From Spirochaetia bacterium (GTDB lineage: Bacteria > Spirochaetota > Spirochaetia > SZUA-6 > Bin103), in assembly GCA_965199955.1 (NCBI GenBank), contig CBDATQ010000002.1, positions 416,001 through 480,000 of the forward strand: 64,000 nucleotides of DNA. Reading direction: 5' to 3'. This document shows positions 19,618-29,157 of the stretch, one piece after another. The notes under the pieces were generated by a model. The model was not told the origin of the DNA and made no database searches. It was given only the letters and a program-made list of their open reading frames with translations. Position 1 is the first letter of the stretch. Each line of letters begins with the position of its first letter. Made by a program: the position numbers and the translations under genes.

Positions 19618-20367
19618 CTGACGCGCCGCCACCTCGTCTCGCCGGCTCTCGTTCTGCGCACGACTCCGGTCGGCGAGATCAACCGGTTGGTAACGTTCCT
19701 CAGCCCTTCGTTCGGGCTGGTGCGCGCGATGGCGTACGGGGCCGCCAAGACGACCAGCCGCTTGCGCCTGACCACGCTGCTGTTCATACACGCCGACCTG
19801 CGCCTGTACCGCGATCCGGTCAAGGATCAGTACAAGATCACGGAGATCACCTGCCGGGACGAGTTCGGGGGCATTCGCGCAAGCGTGCCGCGCTACTTCG
19901 CAGCATCTCTGTGGGCGGAGGTGGTGCTCCGGTCGCCCGGCGCGGCGGATGCGGCCGACCTGTACGGGTTGCTGCTCGGCTGCCTGCTGGCGCTGCATTC
20001 GTCCGACCGGGACGCACAGCGCGCCCTGTCCGTCCAGTTCATCTGGCGCTACCTCGGCTACTCCGGCCTGCAACCCGAGCTGCATGTCTGTGCGGCGTGC
20101 GACCGGGCGCTGGCGCCGTCGGTGCCCGGTTACCTGTCCGATCGGTACGGTGACATGCGTTGCGCGGACTGCTCGTCCCCCGCCGATGCGGCGTTCAGCC
20201 CGGGCGCGCGCGCCTACCTCAGCCACACGGAACGGCTCACCCCGGACCGGGCCGCGGCGGTGCGCCTGCAGGACGACCGGGTGCTGGCCAGCGTCATGTA
20301 TCGCATGGTGCAGCGCGCGCTCGATGCGCCGCTGACGGCACTGCAGTCCGGCATGGGCGTTCTGTGA
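19618..20367 (+). CDS. recO: DNA repair protein RecO (probable non-canonical start)
   Basis: ALVLRTTPVGEINRLVTFLS…GLVRAMAYGAAK, Zn motif CAAC…CADC. No nearby in-frame ATG/GTG/TTG, so CTG 19618 is proposed. Confidence 0.85.
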   Translation: MTRRHLVSPALVLRTTPVGEINRLVTFLSPSFGLVRAMAYGAAKTTSRLRLTTLLFIHADLRLYRDPVKDQYKITEITCRDEFGGIRASVPRYFAASLWAEVVLRSPGAADAADLYGLLLGCLLALHSSDRDAQRALSVQFIWRYLGYSGLQPELHVCAACDRALAPSVPGYLSDRYGDMRCADCSSPADAAFSPGARAYLSHTERLTPDRAAAVRLQDDRVLASVMYRMVQRALDAPLTALQSGMGVL

Positions 20368-20915
20368 TGGCGCGCGTGTTCTTCGGCCTGCCGGTGCCGG
20401 ACGGCGCACGGGACCGCCTGGCGGCGTGGCGCTCGGCGGTCGGCGCGGAGCTGCCGGACGCACGGCTGATCGTCCCGGCCGATCTGCACGTGACGCTGCA
20501 TTTCGTCGGCGAGGTGGATGACGAGGAGGCGGGCAGGCTGAGTGGGATCTGCCGGGAGGTCGCCGGGCAGGCGGCGCCGGTGGCGGCGACGTTCATGGGG
20601 CTAGGGCTGCTGCCGTCGCCTTCACGGCCGCGCGTGGTGCATCTCGGCGTGGAGGACGGCGCCGACGAGCTGGGCGCGCTGGCAGGGGCGCTCCGCCTGC
20701 GGCTTGGCGCGAGCGAGGGCCGGAGGTTCCTGGCCCACGTCACCCTGGCGCGCGTGCGCCGCGTTCCGCGGCAGGCGGGGGAACGCCTCTGCCGGCTGCG
20801 TCTGCCGCCGGCACGCGGCACGTTCCGTTCGCTGGTGCTCTTCCAGTCGGAGCTGCTGCCGGGGGGCGCGGCCTACCTTCCGCTGCAGACGGCCGACCTG
20901 GACGGCGCCGCGTGA
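20367..20915 (+). CDS. thpR: RNA 2',3'-cyclic phosphodiesterase (2H family)
   Basis: R.FFGL N-terminus, two HVTL motifs, S.L.P.GA.Y. Confidence 0.9.
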   Translation: MARVFFGLPVPDGARDRLAAWRSAVGAELPDARLIVPADLHVTLHFVGEVDDEEAGRLSGICREVAGQAAPVAATFMGLGLLPSPSRPRVVHLGVEDGADELGALAGALRLRLGASEGRRFLAHVTLARVRRVPRQAGERLCRLRLPPARGTFRSLVLFQSELLPGGAAYLPLQTADLDGAA

Positions 20916-22609
20916 ACGGGGACACCGCCGGCGGCTGGACGCTGCCGAGCGCCGAGTCCTCCACGGTCCGCGCGCTGGCCGGCCGGCACACCCTGGATCC
21001 GCTCCTTGCGGCGGTGCTGGTACGACGCGGCATCACGGCGGCGGCGGATGTGGAAGCGTTTCTCGGGCGCGGCCCGCTGCCGTCGGTTCGGATCGACGGC
21101 ATGCCGGCGGCGGTGGAGCGTATCGGCCGCTGCGCGGGCCGGCAGGTGTTCGTGTACGGCGACCCGGACGTGGACGGCATCGCCGCGACGGCGATCATGG
21201 TCGAGCTGCTTCGCCGGGCAGGCGCGCAGGTGCGATGGCGGATTCCGCCGGGCGGACGCCACGGCGTGCCCGACGGCGGGGTGCGGGAGGCTCTCAACGC
21301 CGGTGCGGCGCTCGTGGTCTGCGTGGACTGCTCGATCGGGCCGGCAGAGTCTCGGGAAGCGACCCGGAGCGGCATCGACGTGCTCGTCGTCGACCATCAC
21401 TCGCCGTTCGAGTCGCTGCCGGAGACGGCGCTGGTGGTCAATCCCTCGCTCTCGGGACGAAGGGGGTCGGATGTCCTGGCGGCCGGGGCGGTCGCGCTGA
21501 AGCTCGCCGAGGCGGTGCGTCGGGCGCAGGAGGGGGGCGGCGCGGACCCCGTGGCCGCCGCGCAGCTTCCCTATGATCTGGCGATGCTCTCAACGCTCGC
21601 CGATCGCATGCCGCTCACCGGCGAGAGCCGGCGAATCACCGCTCTCGGGCTCGACATGCTGGCTAAGTCCGACCGTCCGGGGCTTCTGGAGCTGTGGCTG
21701 CGGGTGGGACGCTCCATGCCGGTGCCCACCGCCGATCAGGTCAGCCGCACCCTGAATCCCGTGATCGGCTCGGCCGCCCGTTACGGAGAGGGCGATCACG
21801 CCGTGCAATTGCTGGTGAGCCGGGAGCGGGGCGAGTGCGCGGAGTTGTCGGATCGCATGCAGGAGCTCGATGCGCGCCGTAGGAGAGAGAGCGGGGCTGC
21901 CTGGAACCGGTTGCTGCCGGGGGCGCGCCGACTCGCGCGCGAATGCCCGGAGGCGTGCTGTCTGGTGGTCGACGATCGGGAACTGGCGCGGGGACTCACC
22001 GGACCGCTCGCCTACCGACTGAGCCGCTTTCTGGACCGGTCGGTGGCGGTCGTCGCCCACGATGACGGCCTGATCTCCGGCTCCATCCGCAGCCCCGACA
22101 GTGGCGCGAACGCGCTGCTGCTCCTGTCCGACGCGGACGGCCTGCTCACTTCGCGCGGCGGCCACCGAAGCGCCGGAGGCTTCATGGCGCCTGCGGAGAC
22201 TCTCACCGAGTTGCGGCGGCGCTGGTCCGGCCCGCGCCCCGGCGCCGCGCGCGTCAGGCACGACCCGGCGCGGGTGTTGGATGCCGAGGTTCCGGCCCGC
22301 GAGTTGACGCCGGCACTGGACCGACTCGTCGCGGCGGTCGAGCCGACCGGCATCGGCAATGGGCCGCTGGCGCTCAGGACGCGCGGACTCGAGGTGTCGG
22401 AGGTGAGCCTGTTCGGCCGTGCCTCCGAGCACTGCAGGCTGTTGCTGGATGCCGGAGCGTATCGATGGCCGGCGCTGTATTGGGGCGCCGGCCACCGGGC
22501 AGGAGAGTTCGTCCCGGGCGACACCGTTGACGTGGTGTACCGACTGGACCCGGATTACTCGGACGGCGAACGCCGGCTGCATATGGTTGTGCTCGACCTG
22601 TACCGATGA
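20912..22609 (+). CDS. recJ: ssDNA exonuclease RecJ
   Basis: YGDPDVDG, VDC, DHH, TLADRMPL.GE.R, GSIRS, GGH..AGG and an OB-like C-terminus. Confidence 0.88.
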   Translation: MNGDTAGGWTLPSAESSTVRALAGRHTLDPLLAAVLVRRGITAAADVEAFLGRGPLPSVRIDGMPAAVERIGRCAGRQVFVYGDPDVDGIAATAIMVELLRRAGAQVRWRIPPGGRHGVPDGGVREALNAGAALVVCVDCSIGPAESREATRSGIDVLVVDHHSPFESLPETALVVNPSLSGRRGSDVLAAGAVALKLAEAVRRAQEGGGADPVAAAQLPYDLAMLSTLADRMPLTGESRRITALGLDMLAKSDRPGLLELWLRVGRSMPVPTADQVSRTLNPVIGSAARYGEGDHAVQLLVSRERGECAELSDRMQELDARRRRESGAAWNRLLPGARRLARECPEACCLVVDDRELARGLTGPLAYRLSRFLDRSVAVVAHDDGLISGSIRSPDSGANALLLLSDADGLLTSRGGHRSAGGFMAPAETLTELRRRWSGPRPGAARVRHDPARVLDAEVPARELTPALDRLVAAVEPTGIGNGPLALRTRGLEVSEVSLFGRASEHCRLLLDAGAYRWPALYWGAGHRAGEFVPGDTVDVVYRLDPDYSDGERRLHMVVLDLYR

Positions 22610-22627
22610 TGAAGGGTGACACGCGGT

Positions 22628-22655
22628 TTGACACGACTGCGTCTCGCGCTATCAT
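22628..22655 (+). promoter_or_regulatory. Putative rpsU promoter
   Basis: TTGACA-16-TATCAT. Confidence 0.55.
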
Positions 22656-22712
22656 GAGGGATTGCGGAGTTGTTCGGCGCTGAGCCGGCGGCCCGCGAAG
22701 GAGGATCGAGTC

Positions 22713-22922
22713 ATAGCGTTCGTACAAGTCGGTGAAGAGGAGCTGCTCGAGAAGGCGCTGAAGCGATTCAAGAGGATCGTCGAGAAGGAAGGGATCGTCC
22801 GCGAGTGGAAACGGCGGGAATACTTCGAGAAGCCGTCGACCGTTCGCAACAAGCGGCGCAAGGCGATGGAGCGCAAGCGCCTGAAGAAGCTGCGCAAGAT
22901 CCAGACCCAACAGAAGCGCTGA
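22713..22922 (+). CDS. rpsU: 30S ribosomal protein bS21 (ATA start)
   Basis: [38 protein letters not shown] lies 8 nt before ATA. Confidence 0.95.
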   Translation: MAFVQVGEEELLEKALKRFKRIVEKEGIVREWKRREYFEKPSTVRNKRRKAMERKRLKKLRKIQTQQKR

Positions 22923-23007
22923 GCACACCAGGCGCGGCCGGAGAGCGATCCGCTCGGCCGGTCGGTAGCCGTGGCGGCACCGCGACGGGAGCCGTGGCGA
23001 CCCCTGC

Positions 23008-23037
23008 TTGACGGGGAGCCGCCAGCCACGGTATTCT
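23008..23037 (+). promoter_or_regulatory. Putative tRNA-fMet promoter
   Basis: TTGACG-18-TATTCT. Confidence 0.5.
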
Positions 23038-23055
23038 ACTCGTAAGACAAGAAGA

Positions 23056-23128
23056 CGCAGGGTAGAGCAGTTGGCAGCTCGTCGGGCTCATAACCCGGAG
23101 GTCGCAGGTTCGAATCCTGCCCCTGCTA
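23056..23128 (+). tRNA. tRNA-fMet (initiator, CAT)
   Basis: C1:T72 mismatch, GGG/CCC anticodon stem, GGTTCGAATCC T-arm; CCA not encoded. Confidence 0.95.
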
Positions 23129-23314
23129 TTTCTCATCGCAGTGCGGTCGGCCCTGCGACGATCATCTGTCTGTGTCGTGGCAGGTGCCCGACATCTCCCC
23201 GATGTCCCGTTGCCGGCGTTCGCGCGCCGAAACCTGCCGGCAGTTGGAGCCCTGTCGGCAATCGGAGCGCATTAACCGGGATCTCGACCGCCCCGGGTCT
23301 CTGTACGGGAAAAG

Positions 23315-23387
23315 TAGCGGCGAAGGGACTCGAACCCCTGACCCAGCGGATATGAGCCGCTTGCTCTACCAACTGAGCTACGCCGCC
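23315..23387 (-). tRNA. tRNA-Met (CAT), probably elongator
   Basis: GGCGGCGTAGCTCAGTTGGTAGAGC…GCGGCTCATATCCGC…GGTTCGAGTCC…GCCGCTA; CCA not encoded. Confidence 0.88.
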
Positions 23388-23507
23388 ATGCGCTTGAGGT
23401 AAGCGCACTCGGGACGCGATGTCAAGCTCAGGTCCAATCGCCCGCGGCGTGTGTCCCGCGCCGGCACGTCTCGCCGGCGGCGGCAACGGGCACCGGGCCG
23501 TACCGAC

Positions 23508-25295
23508 ATGAAAGCCGTCGCCTTGAGCGAAGTGTCCGGCAGGGAGCGGCGCCGGCAGCAGCGGCTGATCATCATCGGGACGCTGGCGGCGGCGGTATGC
23601 GTCTTCTACGTGGTTCGCCTGATCGGCGGCGTCGAGCCGGTGGTCCGCCTCGGTGGTGCGGTCGCCGGCATCCCGGTCCGCCCGCTCGATCGCGTGCTCA
23701 TCCCGGTTGTGTCAGCCGGAATGCTGGCCGCCGGCTACTTCCTGGCCGGTGGCGTTTCCTACCGGTCGGCATGCCGGATGGCGTCGCTGGCGGCCTTCAC
23801 GCACGCGGTCACGGTTGCCACGCGCCCGTTCTCTTCCGAGTCCGTGCTCGCTCACCTGCTGGCGCAGGCGGGAACGCTCACTCCCTGGCTCCTGGCCATG
23901 GCGATCCTGGCAATGCCGCAGAGCCGCCTGTCGCGGCGCCTCCGGATTGCCACCGTCGCGGGCGGGCTGGTTTTTCCCGCGTTGATAGCGGTGTTCCACG
24001 TCGCGTCGTTCTCGGCGGCGGCCGGGGGAGACCCCGGCTGGCTGGCGCGTCACGAGCTCGCGGGCACCGTGGCCGATGTGGGTACGGCGGTCGCGCTGGT
24101 GATCACCCTGGGCCTGCTGATCAGGGCGTACCGCCGCGCGCGGAGACCTCATACGCGGGAACCCGTCCTGTGGACGATCGGCGGCATGCTGGTGTCGCTG
24201 CCCGCGTACCTGCTGCTGCGCCTTCCGGCTGACGTTGCGGAGATCGTCGTCCCCGTACCCGCCGGTGCGATTGCGGATCTTCTGCTGCTGCCGCTGCCGG
24301 CGTTCTTCCTGGTCGGTACCCGGCACATCCCCGGCGTCGACCAGCGCCGCGGGATCAACCGTTTCTGGGCGACGGCGATCGTCCTGGCGCTCCTGCTGCT
24401 GGTCGTCGCGGTCGCGGGCGACTACCCGCAGCAGCAGATCGAGGCCAGCTACGGGCTGAGCGACCAAGTCGCCGCGTTCCTGGTGCTCAGCCCGCTGTTC
24501 GTGGCGTTGCTCGTGCTCCATGCCGCTCTGGTGTGTGCGTTCGACCGAACGGGCGGCGCCACGCCCGCGCAGGCATCGGGGCGTGGCGGCGGGGGCGGCC
24601 CGCGCGGGGTGCGCGATCTGCGCGTGCTGACGCGCGCGCTACACCGCTCGCTCGGCGGCTCCATGACCGCGACCGCGGGCGTCCTGGATGCTCTGGAGGC
24701 CGAGCTGGAGGCCGAGCGCGACGGGACCCGATCACCGGCCGCCGCTCCGCTGCGGTTACCGGGCGGCGCGCTCGACACCATTCGCGGATTTCGCGAGAAG
24801 GCGCTCACCGTCCTGGCCGCGCTTCGCAGGCTCGATGACGGTACCAGGGCGGGCGGCGCGGTCGTCGCCGTGCAGGTCTCCGACCTGTTCGCGGCGGCGT
24901 ACCGGCGCGCCGGGCGGCGCAGCCACCTGCGGGTGGAGCTGACCGACGGGGGCGAGCTGGTCGTGGCCTGCGACCCCGGCGAGCTGTCGCGGGCTCTCGC
25001 CGAGTTGCTGGTGAACGCGGAGGAGGCGGGCGTTCGTGCTCGCTCACGGATTATCATGAGCGCCCGTGAACGTGGGAACGACATCGTGATCGAGATCCAG
25101 GACTCGGGCGCCCGCCCTCTCGGGCCGGGACGCTCGCGCGTGTTCGATCCGTTCTACTCGACCAAGCCCGGTCACGACGGACTGGGCCTCTACATCAGCC
25201 GAGCCCTGATCGAGCACAATGGCGGCTCGCTGGTGCTGGAGCGGGGAACGGACGGCACATGCGCGATCGTGACTCTGCAGGCGGCCGGTTCGTGA
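23508..25295 (+). CDS. Multi-TM sensor histidine kinase-like protein with degenerate H-box
   Basis: About 9 hydrophobic segments. HATPase_c boxes ELLVNAEEA, IQDSG, VFDPFYSTK, GLGL. H-box region reads ALHRSLGGSMT. Confidence 0.72.
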   Translation: MKAVALSEVSGRERRRQQRLIIIGTLAAAVCVFYVVRLIGGVEPVVRLGGAVAGIPVRPLDRVLIPVVSAGMLAAGYFLAGGVSYRSACRMASLAAFTHAVTVATRPFSSESVLAHLLAQAGTLTPWLLAMAILAMPQSRLSRRLRIATVAGGLVFPALIAVFHVASFSAAAGGDPGWLARHELAGTVADVGTAVALVITLGLLIRAYRRARRPHTREPVLWTIGGMLVSLPAYLLLRLPADVAEIVVPVPAGAIADLLLLPLPAFFLVGTRHIPGVDQRRGINRFWATAIVLALLLLVVAVAGDYPQQQIEASYGLSDQVAAFLVLSPLFVALLVLHAALVCAFDRTGGATPAQASGRGGGGGPRGVRDLRVLTRALHRSLGGSMTATAGVLDALEAELEAERDGTRSPAAAPLRLPGGALDTIRGFREKALTVLAALRRLDDGTRAGGAVVAVQVSDLFAAAYRRAGRRSHLRVELTDGGELVVACDPGELSRALAELLVNAEEAGVRARSRIIMSARERGNDIVIEIQDSGARPLGPGRSRVFDPFYSTKPGHDGLGLYISRALIEHNGGSLVLERGTDGTCAIVTLQAAGS

Positions 25296-25756
25296 CCATC
25301 CACACTGACGGCGGCTGCCTCGGGAATCCGGGTCCCGGCGCCTGGGCCTACGTGGCCGAGACGGCGGACGGGCAGGCGCGCGACACGGGCTACGCGGCCG
25401 ACACGACGAACAACCGCATGGAGCTGCAGGCCGTGATCGAAGCGCTGCGGCTGGCGCGGGAGCGGGCCGACGGCAACGTGACGGTGATCACCGACTCGCG
25501 CTACGTCGAGGGCGGCATCAGCGAGTGGATCGCTCGCTGGGAAGCCAACGGCTGGAGGACCAAGGCGCGGTCTCCGGTCAAGAACCGTGAGCTCTGGCAG
25601 GAGCTGCAGGCGCTGAAGCGGGCGCTGGAGGGGCGCGGCCTTCGGGTCGCGTTCCGGCGCGTGCGCGGCCACGCCGGCGTCGAGCTCAACGAAGCCTGCG
25701 ACCGGCTGGTCCAGGAGACGATCGCCGCCGGGCGCAGGGGACGGCGCCCGAGCTAA
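25292..25756 (+). CDS. rnhA: Ribonuclease HI
   Basis: HTDGGCLGNPGPG, TTNNRMEL, TDSRYV, VKNRELW, GHAGVELNEACD. Confidence 0.96.
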   Translation: MTIHTDGGCLGNPGPGAWAYVAETADGQARDTGYAADTTNNRMELQAVIEALRLARERADGNVTVITDSRYVEGGISEWIARWEANGWRTKARSPVKNRELWQELQALKRALEGRGLRVAFRRVRGHAGVELNEACDRLVQETIAAGRRGRRPS

Positions 25757-25830
25757 AGCGCCACCGAACTCGGGATCGCTCTCTTCCATGACGGAAGCCG
25801 CACGAAGCGGCGCCCGGAGGAGAGCGACAG

Positions 25831-27384
25831 ATGTTGGCGCGTGTGGCCTGCCACGCCCCGATCGGCGTGGACGGCGTTCTGGTGACCGCGGAGGTGGACA
25901 TCCGGCGCGGGATGCCGGTGGTGGACATCGTCGGTCTGCCCGGCGGTGCGGTGCGCGAAGCACGCGATCGCATCCGCGTCGCGATCCGCAACAGCGGCCT
26001 GTCGTTTCCGGACGACCGCATCCTGATCAACCTTTCGCCGGCCGCGGTCCCCAAGTCGGGCTCCGCATTCGACCTGCCGCTGGCGCTGGGCGTGATCGCC
26101 GCCTCGAGTCAGGTCCCCTGGGACGATGAGGTGGGGATCATGGTGCTCGGCGAGCTGACCCTGCGCGGCGACGTCCGCCCCGTGCACGGCGTGCTGGCCG
26201 CGGTCGGCACCGGGCTGGAGCGCGGCATCGAACGCTTCGTGGTGCCGCGCAGCAACCTGGCCGAAGCTCAGGCCCTCGGCCGCGGGTCGATCGTCGGCGT
26301 GGACTCCCTGAAGGAGGCTGTCACGAGATTCCGGGAGGTGCGGCCCGACGCTTGGCCACGCGCGAAGCCGCCACGCAGCGCGGCACCGGCCGCCGCACCG
26401 CGCGATGTGGCGACCGGGGACTTCGCCGACCTGCGTGGCCAGGACCGGCTGAGGCGGGCGCTGGAGATCGCCGCGGCGGGCCGCCATCACGCGCTGCTGT
26501 TCGGCCCGCCGGGCAGTGGCAAGACCATGGCGGCCCTGCGCCTGCCGGGCATCCTGCCGCCGTTGACCGGCCGGCAGGCGCTGGAGGTGACGCGCGTGCA
26601 TTCGGTGGCCGGCACCCTGGGCGAGGGCGCGTCGCTGATCACGCGGCCGCCGTTCCGCACGCCGCACCACAGTGCGTCGCTGGAAGGGCTGATCGGGGGC
26701 GGCCGCATGCAGCGCCCGGGGGAAACGTCGCTGGCCCACGGCGGCGTGCTGTTCCTGGACTAGACGCCGGAGTTCCGCACGGCGCTGCTGCAGGCGCTGC
26801 GCGAGCCGCTGGAGTCGCGCGAGGTGACCGTGGTCCGGGCCGGCTACTCGGTGCGCTACCCGGCCGGCTTCCAGCTCATCTGCGCGGCCAACCCCTGCCC
26901 GTGCGGCAACCTGGGCCGGGACGCCGCGGTCTGCCTGTGCTCGCCGGCTGACGTGCACCGCTACTGGCGCCGGCTCGGAGGGGCTCTGCTCGACCGGATC
27001 GACGTGCGCGTGCCGGTGTCGCCGCCGCGCTCCGCGGACCTGCAGGCGCCGGCGCCGGAGGGCAGCGCGCAGATCGCATCGCGCGTCGCGGAAGCGGTGG
27101 AGCGCCAGCGGCACCGCTATCGCGGCATGGCCTGGGAGCGCAACGCCGAGCTGCCGGCCGGGGCGGTGGAGGTCAACTGCCCGCTCGATACGGCCGGCCG
27201 CGCCGCGCTGCGCGAAGCCGTGGACAAGCTCGGCCTGTCCGCGCGCGCCTATCACGCGATCACCCGCGTGGCGCGCACCATCGCCGACCTGGAGTGCTCG
27301 GACGGCGTCACCGTCGACCACCTGCTGGAGGCGGTCCAGCACCGCCGCTACGGCGACGGCGACCTGTGCTGGATCACGCTATGA
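25831..27384 (+). pseudogene. comM: ComM/YifB Mg-chelatase-like AAA+ ATPase with in-frame TAG at 26761-26763
   Basis: INLSPA..PKSG..FDLP, GPPGSGKT, RPPFRTPHHS, HGGVLFLD*TPEF, ANPCPCG, LLDRID, LSARAY. Both halves are in the same frame. Confidence 0.9.
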
Positions 27385-27479
27385 AACCCATGGGTCGCTT
27401 GGGCAAATTGATGGAGCAAGTTTGGCGTACTTTCTCCGTCTTGACCCCGGTCCGGGTTCATCCTACGTTTCTGTAGTTC

Positions 27480-27541
27480 GTGGCCTTCAATTGGAGTGAG
27501 GCGAAAAAAGCCCGGTTGAAGGAACAGTGTGGCATTTCGAA
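27480..27541 (+). pseudogene. N-terminal remnant of a BrnT-like toxin, truncated by the IS
   Basis: GTG-initiated VAFNWSEAKKARLKEQCGIS resembles the BrnT start F.W…K…L…GISF and ends at the IS left IR. Confidence 0.45.
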
Positions 27542-28258
27542 TCGAAGATCAGGAGCGGGACGCTGCCTGACTCGTTTACACACCTATTGACAGGACCTCT
27601 TGTGTGCATGCTGTTGCCACAGATCGGTAGTCAGGTACATCGAGTCCGTCCCCAACCGCTCCTCTCCCCCTGCCATCCTGCTCCGCGAGTCCTGCCGCGA
27701 GCACGGCAAGGTCAAGAAGCGCACGCTCGCGAACCTCTCCACATGGCCCCCTGATCTGGTCGACGGCTTGCGCACCCTGCTCAAGGGCGGCCACGCCTTC
27801 GCCTCGGTCTCGGATCCGTTGCTGCTCACGCGCTCGCTGCCCCACGGCCACGTCGCCGCCGTGCTGGGCCTCCTCAAGCACCTCGGGCTGCACACCCTCA
27901 TCGCCGGCAAGACCAGCCGCTCGCGCGAGTTGGTCATCGCCATGATCACCGCCCGCGTCATCGACGCGCAGTCCAAGCTGGCCACCGCCCGCGCGCTCTC
28001 GTCGCCGAGCGCCGTGTCCACCCTGGGCGAGTCGCTGCGGCTGGGCGAGGTCGATGAGAACGAGCTCCATGAGGCGATGGACTGATTGGTCGGGCGCCAG
28101 GCGGCGATCGAGGACCGCCTGGCCGAACAGCACCTCAGCAGCGCTGTTTCGAGCTGCTTGGGATCAAACCCCGCATGTAGCCATGCAGAGGAACCTGCAC
28201 CATTGAGAAACTACCCTGACCTCAAGGACTTCAGGCAATTTCGCTCCTGGAACTTCGA
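27542..28258 (+). mobile_element. Internally deleted, non-autonomous IS1634-family element
   Basis: Left end TCGAAGATCAGGAGCG matches the reverse complement of the right end (TCGAAGTTCCAGGAGCG). Transposase N-terminus YIESVPNRSSPPAILLRES, TGG>TGA at 28083, and a jump from CACCTCAGC straight to the gene 3' end. Confidence 0.88.
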
Positions 28259-28293
28259 ACTAGTCCGCCGGCAATCGCAGTCTGCCGGTCTGC

Positions 28294-29133
28294 TCAGCCG
28301 TAGACGGTGAGCCGGTCGAGCTTCTCCGGATCCACGGCCCACAGCTCGTCGGGCTGGTAGACGCGCGGAGCCGGCGGCGGCCCGTCCGGGAGCTGCCAGT
28401 CCGGGTTGTACTGGCGGATCAGCTCCATGATGTTACGGTAGGCGATGCGGTCCTTGAGGTCGTCGTCGATCGGCGCCTCCTCGATGATCCGCTGCAGCAG
28501 GCGGTAGTCGTAGTAGGGCAGGTCGGCTCCGAAGATGATGCGCTCGCGGCCTACCTTGTCGGCCAGCCTGGCGAAGTCCCAGAGGCTGCCGCGCTCGTCC
28601 GGGTACTGCACGATCTCGAACCAGACGTTGTCCATGCCGGCGAAGGACTCGGCGGCGTGGCTTGAGGCATGGGTGATGAAGGTCGCGGCCGGGAACATGC
28701 GCGCGACCTTTCCGAACAGCGCGTCGTGCATGTGCACGTTGCAGAGCCCGCCGCGGCCCGCGGCCATCTCCACGAAGGGGATGCACGCCTCGCGCACCGG
28801 CGGGTGGGAGACGATGCCGTGCAGGCCCAGCTCGCTCATCGCCCACTCCGCCTCGTCCACGGCGACCGGTCCCAGGCAGGGCTCGACCAGCGCCAGGCCC
28901 AGCGGCACGTGCTCGGGGAAGTCACGGCGCGCGCGGGCGATTACCCGGTTCTGGTCGCGGATGTCCTCCAGCCCGCGCAGGATCAGGCCGCCGGTGGCGG
29001 TCGGCATCGACAGGCAGGCGTAGACGTCGGTCTCGGCGAAGCGGGCCAGGCACATGGCCGTGCTCTGGCCGGTCGGCGGCAGCCGGTTCAGCGTGCGGCC
29101 GATGTGGTTGTGGCAGTCGATGTACGGTCTCAT
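28294..29133 (-). CDS. Amidohydrolase family 2 protein
   Basis: IDCHNHIG metal motif; ERIIFGADLPY. Confidence 0.85.
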   Translation of the reverse strand: MRPYIDCHNHIGRTLNRLPPTGQSTAMCLARFAETDVYACLSMPTATGGLILRGLEDIRDQNRVIARARRDFPEHVPLGLALVEPCLGPVAVDEAEWAMSELGLHGIVSHPPVREACIPFVEMAAGRGGLCNVHMHDALFGKVARMFPAATFITHASSHAAESFAGMDNVWFEIVQYPDERGSLWDFARLADKVGRERIIFGADLPYYDYRLLQRIIEEAPIDDDLKDRIAYRNIMELIRQYNPDWQLPDGPPPAPRVYQPDELWAVDPEKLDRLTVYG

Positions 29134-29157
29134 GGGGTTCCTCTCTTCGTGATGGGG

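Noticed and set aside
23056..23387. tRNA-anchored integrative element or prophage
   Set aside because: No duplicated tRNA 3' end, Tyr/Ser recombinase or phage structural genes were noticed.
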